Below are positions 60,996-64,000 of a stretch of DNA of 64,000 nt, piece after piece (positions within the stretch are counted from its first letter, which is position 1; the number at the start of each line of letters is the position of its first letter). Made by a program: the position numbers and the translations under genes. This DNA comes from Euprymna scolopes (lineage: Eukaryota): the NCBI GenBank assembly GCA_053919585.1, contig CM132801.1, one strand, 5' to 3'. Below the pieces are notes generated by a model that searched no databases, was not told the DNA's origin, and was given only the letters and a program-made list of their open reading frames with translations.

Positions 60996-61400
60996 CAGAA
61001 TCATACAATACCATGCGCCATGTATATGGAAAATGTATACGACTGTGTTTCCCAAATTTTCCTCTACACAGAATGTGGGTTGAGGATACAGAATGCATCT
61101 GACAACATGGTAAAAATCCAATCTTTATGAAGGCGACTCCACATCACGTCAACTGGAAAAAAACCCAAAAAATCTGGCTGATGTGGAGGCTCTGCTTATC
61201 TTTATATGCCCTGCACTTGCCTCTTGTCTCTGAATATGTGGCCCTCAGAATCATACAACACCAAGCAGCACATATAGAGAAAACAAGTTACGTATACAAC
61301 TGTGTTCCCCAAACTCTCCTTTACACGGAGTGTGGGTCGGAGGTACAAAATGCATCTGAAAACATGGTCAAAATCTAATATTTGTGAATGCGACTTTCAC
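60996..61400 (+). repeat. Diverged tandem duplication, ~150-bp core at ~250-bp spacing
   Basis: CAGAATCATACAA...AATGCATCTGA.AACATGGT.AAAATC.AAT...GCGACT occurs twice. Confidence 0.8.
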
Positions 61401-62282
61401 CTTTTACTGCTTGATCAAACTAACTGATGTTGTGGTTCTGCTCTCCCTTTGTACCCCCTGCACATGTCTCTTGTCTTCGTGGTGTTCTAGATGAACAAAA
61501 AGCTCTACATCAATATATGGAAGAAAACACGACCTCACAGGCAACTGTGGCTGTCGGTGAAGAAACTGATGATCCGGATGATTGCAACACATTCATAGAT
61601 TATGTTGACATCAACATCAGCACAGAATGACTAAGAAACAGTGTAAGTGCAGTAAAACTTTGTCTTGTTTCTTCAACTTTATTACTATGTCAATACACGC
61701 AATAACAACACGTTTCATTGTTATCGTTCTCATAATAATCATCATTACATCACAACTATCATCATTATTGAAATGAACATGACGCGATGTGATAGCTCAA
61801 GTGTTACACTTCATTATAAAAACAACCCCCAAATGAATATATCTGTTATTTCCTAAGATACACAGGTTATAAAGTAGCAAAATTTTGAATCCGTTTTTCT
61901 GGCATTTTTTTAAAAGTGGCGCTTCTTCGCTTCACCGTATGATTCTGCGGGTTTTGATTGATTGAGATAATTTCCTTTTAACTTTTGTAATTTTGTAAAC
62001 ATTTCAACTTATCTGACATTTGTTAAGTTTAGAGATACCTCTTGTTTGTCTGAGGCGCCCTCACCCGGGAATGCCAACAAGGTCCATCACGGCAAATTCT
62101 GTACCCATCCAAAGTAACATTCGGAGGGGGCGGGGGGGGGGATGGGTATTGTATTTATTGCTATTCGCCCGAGGCGCCTTCACCAGGGACTGGTAACAAG
62201 GTTCATCACAACAAATTTTGCATTCATCCAAAAGGGCCCCTTTTTGAAGAGGAGGATCTCCATTATAAACTGACGTCTTATT

Positions 62283-62448
62283 NNNNNNNNNNNNNNNNNN
62301 NNNNNNNNNNNNNNNNNNNNNNNNNNNNNNNNNNNNNNNNNNNNNNNNNNNNNNNNNNNNNNNNNNNNNNNNNNNNNNNNNNNNNNNNNNNNNNNNNNNN
62401 NNNNNNNNNNNNNNNNNNNNNNNNNNNNNNNNNNNNNNNNNNNNNNNN
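62283..62448. other. Assembly gap
   Basis: N run. Confidence 1.
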
Positions 62449-62740
62449 TGCTACAAAAAAAGTAAACGAACATTAATTTAAAAAGTTATAGTAATAATTG
62501 CGCAAAATATATTTTGTAATTCTGTTGAAGTTCTAATGCATAATATTGGTTGGAGTTTTCGTATCTGCAGCCATGTATCAGCTGGTCCAGCAGTCCCACG
62601 GCGCAAGCTGCCATGGGCGTCGTAGTCGCATCATTTTCTGCTCGAAAACAAATGACAAAAATGAACGAATTGTCGCGGTTCGGTCGTTTCAGTTGTTTCG
62701 GCGATCTCCATTGCTGCTTTCTTCAATGTGATTGAGAGCC

Positions 62741-62957
62741 ATGGTTCGTGTATTTAGGTGTTTCGGTTTCAAAGCTCAGGTGGTGTTGCCCGTCGTCGAA
62801 GAACCGATTGCCGTGTGTACTTCGACCAATTCCGTTTATGTGGCAACATCGGCCGGATGCTTGGAGGTTTTTCGATTACAAAAAGGCAAAGGTTGGAAAA
62901 ATGTCTGTACAATCAACACAGAGGGACTCGCCCAACAGTTGGCTTACAGTGAGAAAG
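62741..62957 (+). CDS. HPS3: First coding exon of a Hermansky-Pudlak syndrome 3 (BLOC-2 subunit) homolog; gene continues beyond the window
   Basis: GCCATGG start; MVRVFRCFGFKAQVVLPVVEEP...SAGCLEVF...INTEGLAQQLAYSEK(G) resembles the HPS3 N-terminus as I recall it (MVQLYNLHPFGSQQV...STLGRVLRLAYSEAG); phase-1 donor AAG|GTACCA after 217 nt. Confidence 0.8.
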
Positions 62958-63306
62958 GTACCATTTTTTAATTTTTTTTTTAAATTTGATTTTAATCATC
63001 GTAATCCTCCATTTACCGAAAAAAAAAAAAAAAGGATGATCTCAACATTTACATACCCGCCCATCGTCTCGTCATTGTTACGATGGACAACAATAACCAC
63101 CTATTGATTCAGTTTGTGAGGTATTAGTTTATTTTTCTAGGAATCTGAGGAGAAAAAATTAAGTAAACGTTACTCTTGACACATAAATTATTTCATACTC
63201 ACGCAAAATACGGACCGTGCTAAAGTAATAACATTATTTGCAAACCCATTGTTTACACGGGGAGGGCGTTTTATAACTATTCTGCATTTTTAATAAACAA
63301 AAGATA

Positions 63307-63904
63307 CGGGTTTGTATTGTACACATAGATTCGAAAAAGTTGTCACAAAACAAATATATAACAAATCAATGTTATCAAAGGCAAGATAAGTTACTTTTCC
63401 ACCAAACTGGATATAATTTTCATGTTTTTATTCAATGTAACATGTTTATTTAGCTCGAAAAGCATACAGTGTTTACCGATGTAATGGAAAATTCAAAATG
63501 GCGCCCGACTTTCTCTTTAACACGGTAAGTTTGGGAAAAGGTGTTATAAATAATAAACTAGACAAAATACTATTAAAAACCCACCGAATATATGTCAACC
63601 TATGTCACGGTAATATATATTGAGCGAATTTCTAACAGTATTTTGTCTAGTTTTATATTTATAGCACCTTTTCCCAACCTTACTGTGTTAAAGAGAAAGT
63701 CGGGTGCCATTTTGAATTTTCCAATACATCGGTAAACACTGCATGTTTTTCGAGCTGAATAAACATGTTACATTGAATAAAAACACAAAAACTATATCCA
63801 GTTTGGTAGAAAAGTAACTTATCTTGCCTTTGATAACATTTATTTGTTATATATTTGTTTTTTGACAACTTTTTCGAATCTATGTGTACAGTAATAAAAA
63901 CCCG
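63307..63904. mobile_element. Foldback element A, uninterrupted 598-bp copy in the first HPS3 intron
   Basis: CGGGTTTGTATT...AATAAAAACCCG near-palindrome, homologous to 11398-13016 minus B. Confidence 0.92.
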
Positions 63905-64000
63905 CTCAGAACTGTTATTTACGGTAACTTGAACGGAACCTCTATTAAATAATATCTTTTAAGCACAAATAGGTCACAAACGAGTATAGGTAAGCAAAGA

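Overview
AT-rich, repeat-dense eukaryotic (invertebrate animal) genomic DNA with three assembly gaps. Host genes: (i) a complete 8-coding-exon SF3A2 (SF3a66/SAP62) gene on + (26767-50482, 327 aa), mostly missed by the ORF track because its exons are short; (ii) the first coding exon of an HPS3 (BLOC-2) homolog on + (62741-62957); (iii) a probable signal-peptide first exon of an unidentified minus-strand gene (2158-2209). The rest is transposon-derived: a near-complete but disabled BEL/Pao LTR retrotransposon (10659-19617) inside an apparent five-level nest (MITE > hAT > BEL/Pao > foldback A > foldback B), a DD37D maT relic, CR1/Jockey-group and RTE LINE relics, non-autonomous Helitrons, several MITE/foldback elements, tRNA-derived SINEs, a 5S rRNA-derived SINE family, and Penelope-like relics with hammerhead-ribozyme motifs. 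I found no novel protein-coding system. The most unusual items are the nest, a palindromic element with no conventional TSD, the 5S-derived SINE and the hammerhead motifs. All calls were made by eye; no searches were run.
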